Positions 63,221 to 64,000 of a stretch of 64,000 nt of DNA are shown here, one piece after another (position 1 is the stretch's first letter; each line of letters starts with the position of its first letter). The position numbers and the translations under genes were made by a program. The notes beneath the pieces were generated by a model that made no database searches, was not told where the DNA came from, and saw nothing but the letters and a program-made list of their open reading frames with translations. Source of the stretch: Okamejei kenojei (lineage: Eukaryota); contig CM069165.1 in assembly GCA_035221665.1 (NCBI GenBank), positions 19,158,001 to 19,222,000 of the forward strand. Reading direction: 5' to 3'.

Positions 63221-63274
63221 GGGGTGGAAGATTGCAACCCTCACGTGGTCCGTCCTGTTTCGACTAATGCAATC
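63221..63274 (+). ncRNA. Predicted minimal HDV-like self-cleaving ribozyme (copy 2)
   Basis: P1 GGGGTGG/CCGTCCT; P2 GATTGCA/TGCAATC; P3 ACC/GGT; L3 CTCACGT; J4/2 CTAA (C63264); G+1 directly abuts the TSD. Confidence 0.78.
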
Positions 63275-63358
63275 AACTCGACGTGCACACACAGAAGATC
63301 AAATAGAACAAGTTGTCCTACAACTTTAGGCTGTGCACGCCACACGAAAGAATAGAAA
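63221..63358 (+). mobile_element. ~140-bp SINE-like non-autonomous retroposon, copy 2
   Basis: TSD CAAAAATGAC at 63211-63220 and 63359-63368; same 5' end as copy 1. Confidence 0.88.
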
Positions 63359-64000
63359 CAAAAATGACCAGCAGTCCTTTGAGGGGATAATGCAATGGTA
63401 CAAAGCCACACTTAATGATCACTGCTTATGGCTCAGTATATCAGCACTGTCATAGGTAGTCTTGAACCTGAGCACAAGTTTCTGCAAGGAATAGTTTTCA
63501 AAGAGTCATCTTATTTTTTGTAAATGTCTGGCTCTACAAAGCAGAAGGCTTGCAAAGGGTACATAAATGAAAATCAAACTTTTGGGCACTTCAAAAATTG
63601 AACAAAAATTTGTGACTTTAAAGACCATATTCAGCAATTTCTAGAAACTAAGAACTGCCGCTGTCTGTTTATTAAAAAAAGACACAAAGTACTGGAGAAA
63701 CTCAGTCGGCCTGGCAGCATTTCTGGAGAACCTGGATAGGTGACCCGAAACATCACCCATCGATTCTACCCACCGAATTACTCCAGCACTTTGTGTCTTT
63801 TTTTTAATGAGTGAATTGTAACTTGCTTATTTACAACACTGCTGTAATCTGTGCAATTTGTAGTGCAGACACCAGCTATTGCAAGCACAGGATGTCAGCA
63901 GATAAGAGTACATCTAGTTTGGAATGAATAGCTGTGACTGAGAGGCATAAACTGGAACTTTAAAATATATGCCCAACAGCTTGACTGGCTCTCTGGTTAA

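Noticed and set aside
1-64000. Prokaryotic systems (CRISPR arrays, operons, defence islands)
   Set aside because: The sequence is vertebrate intron/exon DNA; there is no regularly spaced repeat-spacer array or dense coding.

Overview
Eukaryotic genomic DNA, most likely a cartilaginous fish (skate/ray); this is inferred from the HE1-like V-SINEs, DeuSINEs and CR1/HER1-like tails. The window is the middle of one minus-strand gene for a membrane-associated collagen with interrupted triple helices (MACIT), best matching COL13A1. I traced 26 small GT-AG, phase-0 exons (477 codons) from 60478 down to 3347, covering the end of COL1, NC2, COL2, NC3 ([11 protein letters not shown]) and most of COL3. 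The 5' exons (transmembrane region) and the last exons are not in the window. The introns are dense in mobile DNA: a decayed Passport-like Tc1 (DD34E, IR/DR), a Rex1/Babar-like RT fragment, CR1 and Penelope remnants, SINEs and MITEs. The most notable unannotated signal is a ~140-bp SINE-like element, present twice with target-site duplications, whose first 54 nt fold into a complete minimal HDV-like self-cleaving ribozyme. In one copy the predicted cleavage site is exactly the 5' insertion boundary. Many Penelope-derived short inserts also carry hammerhead-like CUGAnGA/GAAA cores. Family names are from recalled consensus sequences, not database searches; repeat boundaries are approximate unless TSDs are given. 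Most ORFs in the supplied track are spurious.
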